Positions 10,288-20,771 of a stretch of 64,000 nt of DNA are shown one piece after another. The translations under genes were made by a program, and so were the position numbers. The stretch comes from a virus. Its lineage: Duplodnaviria; Caudoviricetes. Below the pieces are notes generated by a model. The model was not told the origin of the DNA. It made no database searches and saw only the letters and a program-made list of their open reading frames with translations. The DNA is taken from IMG/VR virus record IMGVR_UViG_3300020576_007701, one strand, 5' to 3'. The first letter of the stretch is position 1. The number at the start of each line of letters is the position of its first letter.

Positions 10288-13200
10288 TTAATTTATTATT
10301 CTATAAACCAAGTTATATACCCCCCATGTGCCGCCATCAGCATTTGCGTTTATTACAAAACTTGCTCCATCTACTATGTCAGTTTGTGTAAATGTTAAGT
10401 TTTCAACCATAGATTCTTCAACATTTGGATGGTTAACTGACGGTATAACTCTGATCATTACAGTTGATGCTGAGTTTATGTTGCTATTTGTAACTCCTGT
10501 GATTGCGTAACTTGTTTCTCCGCCATTAAAACCACTAAAACTTATAGAGGTTTGACCAGTAAAAGCATGTGCAACCCCAGTTAAATTTGAACCATTGCCC
10601 CAAATAGTAGTTCCAGTTATTGTGTTAGCACTTAAAGAAACAAGTGTAGCTGCAGAAATATTAATAGTTGGCGCACTTGATGTTCCTCCAGTATAAGTAT
10701 TTAAACCTGGTTGTACAGCAGTTGCAGATCCACTGCCACTTGCTTGAATTGTGATTGTATCACCTGTGATAAATGAAATGTTTGTTCCAGCACTCAACAT
10801 TCTCATTTCAAGAAGAACTCCTGTTTTTTGTTTAAATATACCAGCTGTTGTAGCTACGTCTGTACTTGTTCCGCCTATATTTTCACCACTATTTGCCTCA
10901 CCAGATGCAGATGTGGCAAAAATATTATAAAGATTTGTCGAGCCAGAATATAAAGTTCCACCAGAAATTGTTAATGCGCTCAACCCAGTGGATGTAACAC
11001 CAGCAAATTGGCCAGCACCTGATAAAGTCAATGCGTTAAGCGAAGGTGATGCAACAACAGAAACAATTGGAGCTGTTTGTGTTCCACCAGTTGTGATATT
11101 ACTTCCTGGTTGTACAGCTGTTGATGAACCTCCTGCGCCAATCGTGGCGAATATATTATATAAATTTGTTGCACCCGAATAAATTGTACCACCAGATACA
11201 GTTGCACCAGAAAAGTTTTGAGCAAGATTTATAATTGGCGCATTTGCAGTGCCACCTGTAGTTATAAAATTGCTTCCCTGAACCCTTGTAAAGTCTCCAG
11301 TTGCTGCAGCTGCTGCATTTGAAATAGATATAATTGTTGTGCTTAAATTTGTTGTTCCAGAATATAATGTCCCAGCACTTAAAGTTGTTGCACTTAAACC
11401 AGTTGATGTAACACCAGCAAATTGGCCAGCACCAGATAATGTCAGCGCATTTAAACTTGGTGACGCAACAACAGATATAATAGGTGCCGAAGCAGTTCCA
11501 CCAGTTGTAATGTTAGAACCTGCTTGCACAGCAGAATCAACAGCTGATGCAGCCGCATTCGCAATGGATATAATTGTGGTTGACAAGTTTGTCGCACCAG
11601 AATAAATTGTGCCACCACTTACAGTTGTTGCGCTTAAACCCGTTGATGTAACACCAGCAAACTGGCCAGCGCCTGACAATGTCAACGCATTTAAACTTGG
11701 TGATGCAACAACGCTTATTGTTGGAGCTACCGCAGTGCCACCTGTTGCAATATTAGATCCTGCATTTACTGAATTTACAACCAACTCTGGCCTTGCAAAT
11801 ATCGAATATAAATTTGTTGCACCTGAATAAATAGTTCCACCACTTACAGTTGTTGCACTTAAACCAGTTGATGTAACACCAGCAAATTGGCCAGCACCAG
11901 ATAATGTCAGCGCATTTAAACTTGGTGACGCAACAACAGATATAATAGGTGCCGAAGCAGTTCCACCAGTTGTAATGTTAGAACCTGCTTGCACAGCAGA
12001 ATCAACAGCTGATGCAGCCGCATTCGCAATGGATATAATTGTGGTTGACAAGTTTGTCGCACCAGAATAAATTGTGCCACCACTTACAGTTGTTGCACTC
12101 AAACCAGTGGATGTAATACCAGCAAATTGGCCAGCACCAGATAATGTCAGTGCATTTAAACTTGGCGATGCAACAACAGAAATCGTTGGAGCTGCTGCAG
12201 TTCCACCAGTTGCAATATTAGAACCTGCTTGTACAGCCGAATCAACAGCTGATGCAGCTGCATTCGCAATAGAAATTATTGTGGCGCTTAAATTTGTTGC
12301 GCCAGAGTAAATGGTTCCACCAGATACAGTTGTTGCACTTAAACCAGTTGATGTAACACCAGCAAATTGGCCAGCACCAGATAATGTCAGCGCATTTAAA
12401 CTTGGTGACGCAACAACAGAAATCGTTGGAGCTGATGCAGTTCCACCAGTTGCAATATTAGAACCTGCTTGCACAGCTGAGTCAACAGCTGAAGCAGCTG
12501 CATTCGCAATAGAAATTATTGTGGTTGACAAATTTGTTGTTCCTGAAAACAATGTTGTAGCACTTACAGTTGTTGCAGTAACAGAATTTGCACGAAATGA
12601 ATTTAAAACAGCTAATGGCGAATTAAAGAAACTACCTGATGAAAAAATTTGTGCAACAATACTTCCAGCATTATTTAAATTTATATATCCTGATATTGAA
12701 TTTAAATACGAATTTGTTCCATCTGATGTCAACGTGTAATTAGAGGCAGAAGCTGTTACACCAGATTCCAATAAATAAATTGTCGGATAATCAGAAACTC
12801 CAACCCAGTCTCTAAATTCAAATTTAGATGCCGTTGTTGTTGGAGCATGTATAAATCTTGAAGTGCTTGTAATTCCAGAAGTTTCTGATCCAAAAGCAAT
12901 TTGATTTGTTGGGATATAATTATCTAATTCTCTGTTTTGATTTTGAATTCTTCCATAAAAGTGCGATCCATTATTCCAAATATCTCCCTCATTTGGTGCT
13001 GACACAGTTTGCCCACTCCTAATTCTCAAAGAAGCAATTGACGTTGATGCTGATTGAATATCCACAAAAGCTGTTGCTTCATTTGTGTGTTTGAAAGACA
13101 CACCTGAATATGTATTTCTTACAACTTCTAAACCACTTATATCAAATGCTTGAAATCCAGTACCAGTGACTCTATCAAATCTGATTTTGTTATTTGAGTT

Positions 13201-14628
13201 TGAAATTTCTGAATTTCCAAACCCACTAATATCAATACCATAATTTCCAAAATATCCAACATTTACATAGCCAAGTTGCGCATATCCTCCGCCAACGACA
13301 TTTGGGTAAATATTAAACAAAGAATTCCCTGAAACACCAGAATTTGAAGAACCGAAAGCAATTTGATTTGTTGGAAGATATGTCGTTCCACTTCCGTTAT
13401 CATTATCAAGTTGTTTGACTGTGCCACCAAATTTTCCATAAATATGTGTTCCATCATTCCAAATGTCACCTTCATTTGGCAAAGATACAGTGGCACCACT
13501 TCTGATTCTTAAAGAAGCCTGTGAAGTACTTGCAGAATGTATGTCAACAATTGCTGTTGGCGTGATTGAAAGAGTTACATCACCTATATAAAATGGCCTT
13601 GCTATTCTGTTATGGTCATTATATATAATATTTTGCAATACGCCACCAATTGCAAAATCCATTCTTGAACCAGAGTTTATCTGTATAGTATCAATAGCAT
13701 TTCCTCTGACAAAATAATTTGAGTTGGTTCTAGCTGATGTAAGATGAATAGCTGTAAATGCGCTATATTGAGTGTCAAGACCAATATTAAAATTACTTGC
13801 ACCTTGTTGCGTTTCAAATATGACCCCAGAAGTTCCACCTGTAATTAATACAGCTGTGTTAAAAGTGTTTAATATTGAAGATTGAAGCCTGGTGTTAATT
13901 GCTGAAACTGTTTCTAATATTTGATCTTGATAATATTGAGTTCTTGTTGAATAATTGCCAATTTGAGCAATACCTGAATCAAGCTGTAAAAAACTTTGAG
14001 AACTAGAACCACCATATAAAATATTGTTTGGATAATATGTTATATTACTTGCTGGCGTTCCAAGTTGAATTGTTGAAGCCGAGATTGAAGTTGCGCTTAA
14101 AAAGTTTGTTCTAACAATTCCACTCGCCTCAATTCTTACTCTTTCTATGTTATTTGTGCCAATACTTATTGGAGAATTTGTTGTTGTACCAAACACAATA
14201 CCAGTTGTTGAATTTGTGCTAATCTCTAAAGCTCCATTACCTAATGGATTACCAAAACTTGAATCGGTTGTTCTTGAGTTAAAAACAGAAGTATAGCTTC
14301 CGTTATTTTGTTGAACAAATGTGGAAGCATAATATGTTGGATTTGTATCTGGGTTAATTACAACAGCATTAAACGCAGAGCTGTAAATTAAATTTGTTGA
14401 ACCAGTTAATCCAGAGGAAGAATTTCCAAAAGCAATTTGTGTTGGATTTAAATATGTATTTCCACCACCACCTTGTCCAATACCAGCAAAAATATCATAA
14501 AGATTAGTTGCCCCAGAATAAATTGTATCCGCAGAAACACTCTGAGTAAACAAAGTATTACCAGTTACAGTTCCACCTGAAAGGTTTAAGAAAACTCGCT
14601 TTAAAGGGGTAAAATACATGCCAGACAT
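10288..14628 (-). CDS. Second repeat fibre protein (1446 aa)
   Basis: N-half has tail-fibre-like repeats (QIAFG, ASLRIRSGxTVSxPNEGDIWN); C-half has ~6 copies of the same 80-aa unit as 349-6267 and a related C-terminal domain. Confidence 0.75.
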   Translation of the reverse strand: MSGMYFTPLKRVFLNLSGGTVTGNTLFTQSVSADTIYSGATNLYDIFAGIGQGGGGNTYLNPTQIAFGNSSSGLTGSTNLIYSSAFNAVVINPDTNPTYYASTFVQQNNGSYTSVFNSRTTDSSFGNPLGNGALEISTNSTTGIVFGTTTNSPISIGTNNIERVRIEASGIVRTNFLSATSISASTIQLGTPASNITYYPNNILYGGSSSQSFLQLDSGIAQIGNYSTRTQYYQDQILETVSAINTRLQSSILNTFNTAVLITGGTSGVIFETQQGASNFNIGLDTQYSAFTAIHLTSARTNSNYFVRGNAIDTIQINSGSRMDFAIGGVLQNIIYNDHNRIARPFYIGDVTLSITPTAIVDIHSASTSQASLRIRSGATVSLPNEGDIWNDGTHIYGKFGGTVKQLDNDNGSGTTYLPTNQIAFGSSNSGVSGNSLFNIYPNVVGGGYAQLGYVNVGYFGNYGIDISGFGNSEISNSNNKIRFDRVTGTGFQAFDISGLEVVRNTYSGVSFKHTNEATAFVDIQSASTSIASLRIRSGQTVSAPNEGDIWNNGSHFYGRIQNQNRELDNYIPTNQIAFGSETSGITSTSRFIHAPTTTASKFEFRDWVGVSDYPTIYLLESGVTASASNYTLTSDGTNSYLNSISGYINLNNAGSIVAQIFSSGSFFNSPLAVLNSFRANSVTATTVSATTLFSGTTNLSTTIISIANAAASAVDSAVQAGSNIATGGTASAPTISVVASPSLNALTLSGAGQFAGVTSTGLSATTVSGGTIYSGATNLSATIISIANAAASAVDSAVQAGSNIATGGTAAAPTISVVASPSLNALTLSGAGQFAGITSTGLSATTVSGGTIYSGATNLSTTIISIANAAASAVDSAVQAGSNITTGGTASAPIISVVASPSLNALTLSGAGQFAGVTSTGLSATTVSGGTIYSGATNLYSIFARPELVVNSVNAGSNIATGGTAVAPTISVVASPSLNALTLSGAGQFAGVTSTGLSATTVSGGTIYSGATNLSTTIISIANAAASAVDSAVQAGSNITTGGTASAPIISVVASPSLNALTLSGAGQFAGVTSTGLSATTLSAGTLYSGTTNLSTTIISISNAAAAATGDFTRVQGSNFITTGGTANAPIINLAQNFSGATVSGGTIYSGATNLYNIFATIGAGGSSTAVQPGSNITTGGTQTAPIVSVVASPSLNALTLSGAGQFAGVTSTGLSALTISGGTLYSGSTNLYNIFATSASGEANSGENIGGTSTDVATTAGIFKQKTGVLLEMRMLSAGTNISFITGDTITIQASGSGSATAVQPGLNTYTGGTSSAPTINISAATLVSLSANTITGTTIWGNGSNLTGVAHAFTGQTSISFSGFNGGETSYAITGVTNSNINSASTVMIRVIPSVNHPNVEESMVENLTFTQTDIVDGASFVINANADGGTWGVYNLVYRIIN
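11383..12096. repeat. Exact 249-bp direct repeat (11383-11631 and 11848-12096)
   Basis: Base-by-base comparison; 103 bp of it (11519-11621) is also identical to 1475-1577 in the other fibre gene. Confidence 0.85.
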
Positions 14629-14751
14629 CCGTGAGAATTATTTTTATTCATAAATAGATTCTAAAAACACTTATGTAGTAAAAAAAACCCTATTTAAAGG
14701 CTTAAAAAAAATTTTAATGATATTATCGAATTAAAAAAAATTTTTTCTACG

Positions 14752-14758
14752 TATTTAT
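14752..14758 (+). promoter_or_regulatory. TATTTAT late-promoter-like motif upstream of tail tube gene
   Basis: Same sense-strand motif precedes about two dozen genes (see findings). Confidence 0.65.
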
Positions 14759-14790
14759 TTAAAACAAAGAAAAACTTAAAAACAACAACT

Positions 14791-15279
14791 ATGGCAGACA
14801 TGTTCAGACCAGTTCCTATCGAACAGGAACCTAAAAGAAAAAATAGATTTCAACTTTCGTTTCCAACGGAACTTGGTATCGACTCGTTTTTAGTTCAAAC
14901 TTCTGGAAAACCAAAAATTACAATCGAATCCACTGAAATCATGTACATGAATGGAAGTGATTGGGTTGCTGGTCGTTCAAAGTGGGAACCAATCGAAGTA
15001 AAATTCATTGATGTAATCGGACCCTCTACGACTCAAAAAATTATGGAATGGGTAAGACTTCACTACGAATCAACAACAGGCCGTATGGGTTATGCAGTTG
15101 GTTACAAGAAAAATCTTGTACTTACCGCTCTTGATCCTACTGGTGTGGAAGTTGAGAAATGGACTCTTATCGGTTGTATGATCACTGACGCTTCTTTTGG
15201 CGAAAATGATTACGGCTCATCAGATCTTCAAGAGGTAACAATTACCCTTCAACCTTCTAGATGTATTTTAGCAGCTTAA
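14791..15279 (+). CDS. Tail tube protein, T4 gp19-like
   Basis: EPKRKNRF, GRSKWEPIEV, GYKK, EKWTLIGC..ITDASFG motifs typical of gp19-family tubes. Confidence 0.9.
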   Translation: MADMFRPVPIEQEPKRKNRFQLSFPTELGIDSFLVQTSGKPKITIESTEIMYMNGSDWVAGRSKWEPIEVKFIDVIGPSTTQKIMEWVRLHYESTTGRMGYAVGYKKNLVLTALDPTGVEVEKWTLIGCMITDASFGENDYGSSDLQEVTITLQPSRCILAA

Positions 15280-15306
15280 TTGCTGTTAAGTTATAAAACA
15301 AATTAG

Positions 15307-15350
15307 AAACCTTGGGAATTGCATATCTTGCAATCATCCCAAGGTTTTTT
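15307..15350 (+). terminator. Rho-independent terminator after tail tube
   Basis: AAACCTTGGGA...TCCCAAGGTTT stem followed by T-run. Confidence 0.7.
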
Positions 15351-15361
15351 AATACAATTTA

Positions 15362-15772
15362 ATGGCTAGTTTAAGATTATATAAAAAATTTTATATCATC
15401 ACAAATGATCAAAGTTTGGGAACGCAATCTTATGCTTTATCAAACCCTTATTTTACTTCAGCAAATTCTTACATAGCTGGCACAGGAGCCACAGAGAGTG
15501 GTACAATAATAGAAACTAATGTAGAAATTACAGAAGAGTCTACAGGGGTGTTTTATGCCTCTTTAGACCCAGTTCTTTATTCTATTGATGTTATTTATGA
15601 TCTTGTTTGGTTTGTTCAATATACATTTGATGCACCTACTAAAAAAATAAGTACAAGATTTAAACTATCAAATTCTTCTACAAAATATGTACATCAACTA
15701 GAAGCAGAACTTGTAAGCCAGATAATAGAAATAGAAATATTGAATCAGACAATGGGTTTTGAGATAAATTAA
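15362..15772 (+). CDS. Hypothetical virion-associated beta-sandwich protein
   Basis: 136-aa ORF between tube and BppU-like gene. Confidence 0.55.
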   Translation: MASLRLYKKFYIITNDQSLGTQSYALSNPYFTSANSYIAGTGATESGTIIETNVEITEESTGVFYASLDPVLYSIDVIYDLVWFVQYTFDAPTKKISTRFKLSNSSTKYVHQLEAELVSQIIEIEILNQTMGFEIN

Positions 15773-15794
15773 ATATTTATATAAAACAAATAAT

Positions 15795-16160
15795 ATGTAT
15801 TCTCAAACACTAAAAAATAAATTTTTCATAAAAAGAAACGACACACTTCCTACACTAGAAATAGTAGTTATAGATAGAGAGTGCCTTGGTGCAAAAACGC
15901 CATTTAATCTTAGTGGAGTAACAGCGTGCACGTTTAGCATGTCTACAGAAAGTGGAGATATGAAAATAATGGCTAAAACCGCACAAGTAACATCTACCAC
16001 TGGTGGCACAATTAGTTATGATTGGGATGAGCAAGACACAAATGAAAGCGGTGTTTACAATGGGGAATTTCAACTTTTATTTACTGGCGGCGGCAGAATG
16101 TCAATTCCTCAAATAGGTAGTATAGCAATAGAAATAGGTAAAGATGTAAACCCTTTTTAA
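15795..16160 (+). CDS. BppU N-terminal-like (baseplate upper) domain protein
   Basis: IKRNDTLP...NLSG...GTISYDW..DT..GVYNGEF pattern. Confidence 0.65.
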   Translation: MYSQTLKNKFFIKRNDTLPTLEIVVIDRECLGAKTPFNLSGVTACTFSMSTESGDMKIMAKTAQVTSTTGGTISYDWDEQDTNESGVYNGEFQLLFTGGGRMSIPQIGSIAIEIGKDVNPF

Positions 16161-17392
16161 AGCGCCTTTACAAACCCCAACACTTCTGATTTACCAATAA
16201 GTACAACCAAATCTTTTACAACTTTCCACTTAGATTCATTTGACTCCTGGAGCTGCTTATCAGCTCCATTTTTATTATATGTCCACCCAGACTTAATTTC
16301 TATTTGCTTATCTCTAAAGGTAAAATCTGTATGATAAATATGTTTATCGCCGTTGTGCTCATATTCAAAACTTTGCCCTTGTTGGACTTCGCTTAACAAA
16401 CCTTTCTCTTCAATGAGCTCAAGAAAATATTTTTCGTATGAACCTTGATATGTTATTTTAGTATCTTTATATTTTTTTATTCTTAAACCAGATAAATGGT
16501 TTTTTTCTAAAACTTCCCTTGTTTGCATTGGATGATCTTTTCCATATTTTTCTTTAAATGTTTGCTTTCTTTTATCTTTAATTTCTTGAATAGACATCAC
16601 ATTTGTTGTGCCGTATTTTTCAATCATTTTATATTTACCTTTTTCTCTTATATTTTCAAAGCATAACAAACTTTTTACACCTATTTTTTTTAAATTTGTA
16701 TTCTCTGTTTTTATTTTTACTGATTCTAATTCTGAAGGATATTTTGTTCCATAAATTTCTATGTTTGTTTTATCTTTTTTTTCTAAAATGTATTTATTTT
16801 GAAGTGGGTGTTCTACCCCATACAATTCCAAATTAGTTTCTTTTTGTTTTTTTTTAAATTCATCTTTTTGTATTGCGTAATCTACTCCGTAAAGCTCACG
16901 TGTTGTTTCCAAAGCTTTGCCTCTATTGTTATAATTCTCATTTCCGTGATTTTCTTTTTTTGTTTCTTTATTCTTTTCCATGTTGTTGTAATAAGCGTCA
17001 CCATAAACACTCTCCTTTGTTTTCATGGCTTTTTTAGCATTCACAAAATTTTCATCTCCATATTTTTCTTTTCTTGTTTTTTTTGATTTATCATGAAACC
17101 CTTCCAATTTAAATGCAAATTCTTGACCATGTTTTTCTAACATCGCCTTTCTACCATTATCCAATCTTTTTGTTTTATTCTCTGGGATCAACGCCCAATC
17201 TTTTCTACACTGATCAGAACACATCGTTGTTGTAGATGTTTTCTTAACCTCAAACTCATTATTGCAATAAGCGCATTTTCTTTTTTCTCGATTATGTTTC
17301 TTTTTTAATTCACTACCGCATTTCATTGAGCACGTTTTTTGTTCTTGTGGTTTATCAAATTCACAAGCGCAATTTTTACATATTAATTTCAT
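16157..17392 (-). CDS. Free-standing putative homing endonuclease (Zn ribbons, KYG repeats, C-terminal PD-(D/E)XK-like domain)
   Basis: CxxC...CSxxC twice, repeated (K/L/V)YG units, GSYE...YHTDF...IEIK. Confidence 0.7.
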   Translation of the reverse strand: MKLICKNCACEFDKPQEQKTCSMKCGSELKKKHNREKRKCAYCNNEFEVKKTSTTTMCSDQCRKDWALIPENKTKRLDNGRKAMLEKHGQEFAFKLEGFHDKSKKTRKEKYGDENFVNAKKAMKTKESVYGDAYYNNMEKNKETKKENHGNENYNNRGKALETTRELYGVDYAIQKDEFKKKQKETNLELYGVEHPLQNKYILEKKDKTNIEIYGTKYPSELESVKIKTENTNLKKIGVKSLLCFENIREKGKYKMIEKYGTTNVMSIQEIKDKRKQTFKEKYGKDHPMQTREVLEKNHLSGLRIKKYKDTKITYQGSYEKYFLELIEEKGLLSEVQQGQSFEYEHNGDKHIYHTDFTFRDKQIEIKSGWTYNKNGADKQLQESNESKWKVVKDLVVLIGKSEVLGFVKAL

Positions 17393-17467
17393 TATATTTA
17401 TAATTAAAAGCTACAAGAATAGCTGTATTTATTTTATTATAAATATAATTAAATTTTTAAAATATGC

Positions 17468-17496
17468 AAAAAAAAGAGCCTCATTTGAGGCTCTTT
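17468..17496 (-). terminator. Terminator downstream of tail sheath
   Basis: AAAGAGCCTC-ATTT-GAGGCTCTTT hairpin, U-tract on minus strand. Confidence 0.75.
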
Positions 17497-17517
17497 AAAG
17501 TATTGATTTTCAACTAG

Positions 17518-19902
17518 TTAGAAGTCGCTGAAATTTGCGCCAGTCGGCAAAACAGCAAAAGTAAGATCTATAAATTCGGCTGTTCTCGTCGGCTTTAAAA
17601 GTATACGTCCAACTAAGGTATTTCTATCAATTGTATCCGCAGTGTTATTACTATCATCCATTACAACTTTGAAAGCTGTTAAACCTCTTTGATTTTGAAT
17701 CTGAAGAAGGATTGGTTCAACTTTCGCAAGGAATTGATTTCTTAATGTTTGATCATTTTGTTCAAACACTAACGTTAACGAAGCGGCAGCAATTAATCTT
17801 CTAACTTGAAGAAGTAATCTTCTGATGTTAATTCTATCAAGAGCAGATTGTCTAACTTGAAGAGTTTTTTGTCCCCAAATTGAAACACCTTGTTGTACGA
17901 ATGTAGCAATTGGATTTACTCTTCCTTGATACAATACATCTCTTTGATCTTTTGACAATTTGATGTCCGCTCTGATAATTGAATTATCTGCAAGACCTCT
18001 ATTAAGACCAGCAGGAGCGAACCAAGGAGCTGCAACATTGTCTGTATAAGCCATAGCTTTAACAACCATTAATGTTGGAGATTGATAAGTGTATTCGTTT
18101 GTGTTTACATCTTCAATTTGAACCCATGGCCAGTATGTAGCACCGTAACTTGAGTCAAAACCAGTTGATTCAAGTATTGCTACCAATTCTTCTGGCGTTC
18201 CTTTTTCAGTTCCGATTGTTATTCTTGGAGAATCCATGATGTATAAAGCATCTGTTCTAGATTCAACCATGTCAAGACCATATCTGATAAGACTTTCATT
18301 GTTTGAGAAATCAATACCAGGAGTTGCAAATAAATTGATATCTACTTCTTCAGGTGAAGACATAGTATCAATACCAGTTGTAAATGCTGCAACGTTTGCA
18401 GTATAAGCATCTGTGAATTCTTCGTAGTTTTCTTCAAATTGAGTGTATTTATCCCAACCATCAAATCCACCATAAGGTACAAGTGTAAACTTTAATAAAG
18501 TTTTATCAAGTAACGTTCCCGCAGTATTTGTATATGCTGTTAAACTACTCTTGTTACCAGAAATAAATTCTGAAGAATCTGCAGTGTTTTCTAAGTGGAA
18601 ACCTTTTACAGTTGTCATACCAGAAGTAACACCGCCTGGATAATTAAATAAGTCAGCCTCTAAAGTTTTTACAGCATTAAATACAGAAACTTGTGATTGT
18701 GTTAAACTTGTGTAACCCAATTCAGAAACACCTAAATAAGTTTTAAATTTAGAATCTCCTGTAAGGTAAGTTGTTTTGTAATAAATGCCTGCAGGTACAA
18801 CAGTTGTTGCGCCACTAGCACCATAAGCCCTTAAGTTGTAACCTCTGAAGCCAGAAGGTATAGAAGTTGGAGATACATTTTCAGCGATATCAACTGTAAT
18901 AAATCTTGATTTTTTTGGATAAGATTCATCTGTTGTACCGATTATTTTTCCGATATAAGTTGTGCTCTTAGGATCAAGAGAACAATTAGACCATCTTTCT
19001 AAAGCGGATTGAGAAACAGTTGCATCAGTATCGTTAAAATCTCTAACGATAACATCAAAAGTGTAATTAACCAAATCTAAGTTTGCAATAGAAACTTTAA
19101 TTTCTCTGTTAGAAGCATCACCGTCAGATATTGTTTGAAATCTGAATAAATCTTTTACTTGTCCACCAACAACTCTTGATACAATGTAAGGTGTAACAGC
19201 GTTAGTGTAACCATTTTGATAATCTGTTGCAGTTGCTCCAGAAAAATAAATAAGATTTAAACTAGACATTAAACCTCTAGCTTTAGCTTCTCTGATTAAG
19301 TGAGGGTAAATTGATTCTACATAAATATTTGCAGTACCAGTAATAACCTTAGGAGTTTTTCCTAAAATTTTTACAATGTAACTGTTTGAAGTTTCATCAA
19401 GTGATACAGTGTATCCACTATTTGTAACAGCAGTAAGAGGAGAAATTCCAGTTCCTGAAAGAATAAAATCAGACAACACTGTAGAAAGTGCGCCACCTAA
19501 TTTTACATCATTTTGATAAGTAGCATAAAAACTGCCAGAAATTTGATTTTTCTTACTTCTAATAACAGCAAGAGTCATACCTGATAATGTAGATGCGCTA
19601 TCGGCAACAAGCACCCATGCAGGTGAGTTAACGAAACCGCTACCTCCCAAAATTCTTGTAACTGTTAATTCATTTGATTGTGAAAGAAATGAATTAGCCA
19701 CATAAGATAAAGGATATTCTGGGGCCGTAGAACCAAATCTTAAATTATATTCTTCAGAACTTGAAACACGGATAGCTTCAAACGCTGGTCCTTTAGGTGT
19801 TTTACCTACAAGTCCTAAACGTGTGATACCAATCCTTGAGGCAAATACTGAAAAGTCTTGTTCTTTGTCATATACCCCTGGAGAAACGAAAATTGTTGCC
19901 AT
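17518..19902 (-). CDS. Tail sheath protein, T4 gp18-like
   Basis: SPGVY N-terminus, YWPW, PWFAPAGLNRG, WGQKTL, DRINIRRLL, FEQND, KPTRTAEFI. Confidence 0.95.
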   Translation of the reverse strand: MATIFVSPGVYDKEQDFSVFASRIGITRLGLVGKTPKGPAFEAIRVSSSEEYNLRFGSTAPEYPLSYVANSFLSQSNELTVTRILGGSGFVNSPAWVLVADSASTLSGMTLAVIRSKKNQISGSFYATYQNDVKLGGALSTVLSDFILSGTGISPLTAVTNSGYTVSLDETSNSYIVKILGKTPKVITGTANIYVESIYPHLIREAKARGLMSSLNLIYFSGATATDYQNGYTNAVTPYIVSRVVGGQVKDLFRFQTISDGDASNREIKVSIANLDLVNYTFDVIVRDFNDTDATVSQSALERWSNCSLDPKSTTYIGKIIGTTDESYPKKSRFITVDIAENVSPTSIPSGFRGYNLRAYGASGATTVVPAGIYYKTTYLTGDSKFKTYLGVSELGYTSLTQSQVSVFNAVKTLEADLFNYPGGVTSGMTTVKGFHLENTADSSEFISGNKSSLTAYTNTAGTLLDKTLLKFTLVPYGGFDGWDKYTQFEENYEEFTDAYTANVAAFTTGIDTMSSPEEVDINLFATPGIDFSNNESLIRYGLDMVESRTDALYIMDSPRITIGTEKGTPEELVAILESTGFDSSYGATYWPWVQIEDVNTNEYTYQSPTLMVVKAMAYTDNVAAPWFAPAGLNRGLADNSIIRADIKLSKDQRDVLYQGRVNPIATFVQQGVSIWGQKTLQVRQSALDRINIRRLLLQVRRLIAAASLTLVFEQNDQTLRNQFLAKVEPILLQIQNQRGLTAFKVVMDDSNNTADTIDRNTLVGRILLKPTRTAEFIDLTFAVLPTGANFSDF

Positions 19903-20026
19903 ATTTGTTTTTTATTTGTTGTTAGTTAGTTTTTAACCTTTTTATTACTAGTGTTTGCTATTTTTTTCTTATAGTTTTACACTTATAAACTTTTATTATA
20001 AATATTAGAAAATTATCAAAATCAGC

Positions 20027-20746
20027 TTAACTGTCAGATTTTTTCTCAGTTATTTTAATTTGAATTTTGCTTACAGTGTTAACCTTCTCAAATTGTGTGG
20101 AATCTATTAGCTTGCCAAACACAGTAATTGGAAACGTTATTTCATAAACTTTTTCAGAAGAAATATCTTCTTGTCTAGTTTCAGATGGCGCTTCCATTGT
20201 TGAACTTATCCAATATCCATTAACATTCATGTAGCCTTGACCTCCAGAAAAGCCATCTCTAATCATTTTTTCATAGTATTGATTAGCATCTACAACATAT
20301 GTGGTTACAAACACCAATTCGTACATAACGTCAATATAGGCTGGTTGTGGAATCTTATACAAATCATACCCTTTCAACGTGCCATCTGTCTTTGGAACTT
20401 TTAAAAAAGTAAATTTTTTCTTATTTGGTATTGTGTATTTAAAAGGTGAGGTGCCCTGTTTTGAACCTGTTCTGGATAAAACCATAAATGGCCTAGTTAT
20501 TTCTTCTCCGTTCTCATTTCTCATGGCTCTCCAATTCATTCTTCTTTCTGCCCAGAGCTCTTGAGAATTAAAAATAATAGGAACCACTCTGTATATTCCA
20601 TTTTCATCTGTAGCGGTAATATTTATTTTTTTTATAAATTCATAAATACCTTTATCAAGATCAACAAGGCCTATTTTTTGAGGTAAATAAGCGTGGTTTT
20701 CAAAGTTTTCGTCTAAGCTTTTTCCGATATTGTTTAAAATGGACAT
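20027..20746 (-). CDS. Tail completion/terminator protein, T4 gp15-like
   Basis: VPIIF..W, PFMVLSR, PQPAYIDVMYEL motifs; position between neck genes and sheath. Confidence 0.7.
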   Translation of the reverse strand: MSILNNIGKSLDENFENHAYLPQKIGLVDLDKGIYEFIKKINITATDENGIYRVVPIIFNSQELWAERRMNWRAMRNENGEEITRPFMVLSRTGSKQGTSPFKYTIPNKKKFTFLKVPKTDGTLKGYDLYKIPQPAYIDVMYELVFVTTYVVDANQYYEKMIRDGFSGGQGYMNVNGYWISSTMEAPSETRQEDISSEKVYEITFPITVFGKLIDSTQFEKVNTVSKIQIKITEKKSDS

Positions 20747-20771
20747 ATACTATAAATATTAACAAAATATC

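Noticed and set aside
1050-12570. Regular repeats as a CRISPR array
   Set aside because: Units are ~240 bp, in frame, coding and synonymously varied; no repeat-spacer structure or cas genes.
653-12739. Many plus-strand ORFs (up to 309 aa) inside the fibre genes
   Set aside because: Antisense shadows of the repetitive Ser/Thr/Ala/Gly codons; they mirror the repeat and lack expression signals.
349-14628. D-(S/T)-A/I Bacteroidota O-glycosylation sequon in the repeats (VDSA, GDTI)
   Set aside because: That host system acts on secreted proteins; these have no signal peptide, so the match is probably coincidental.
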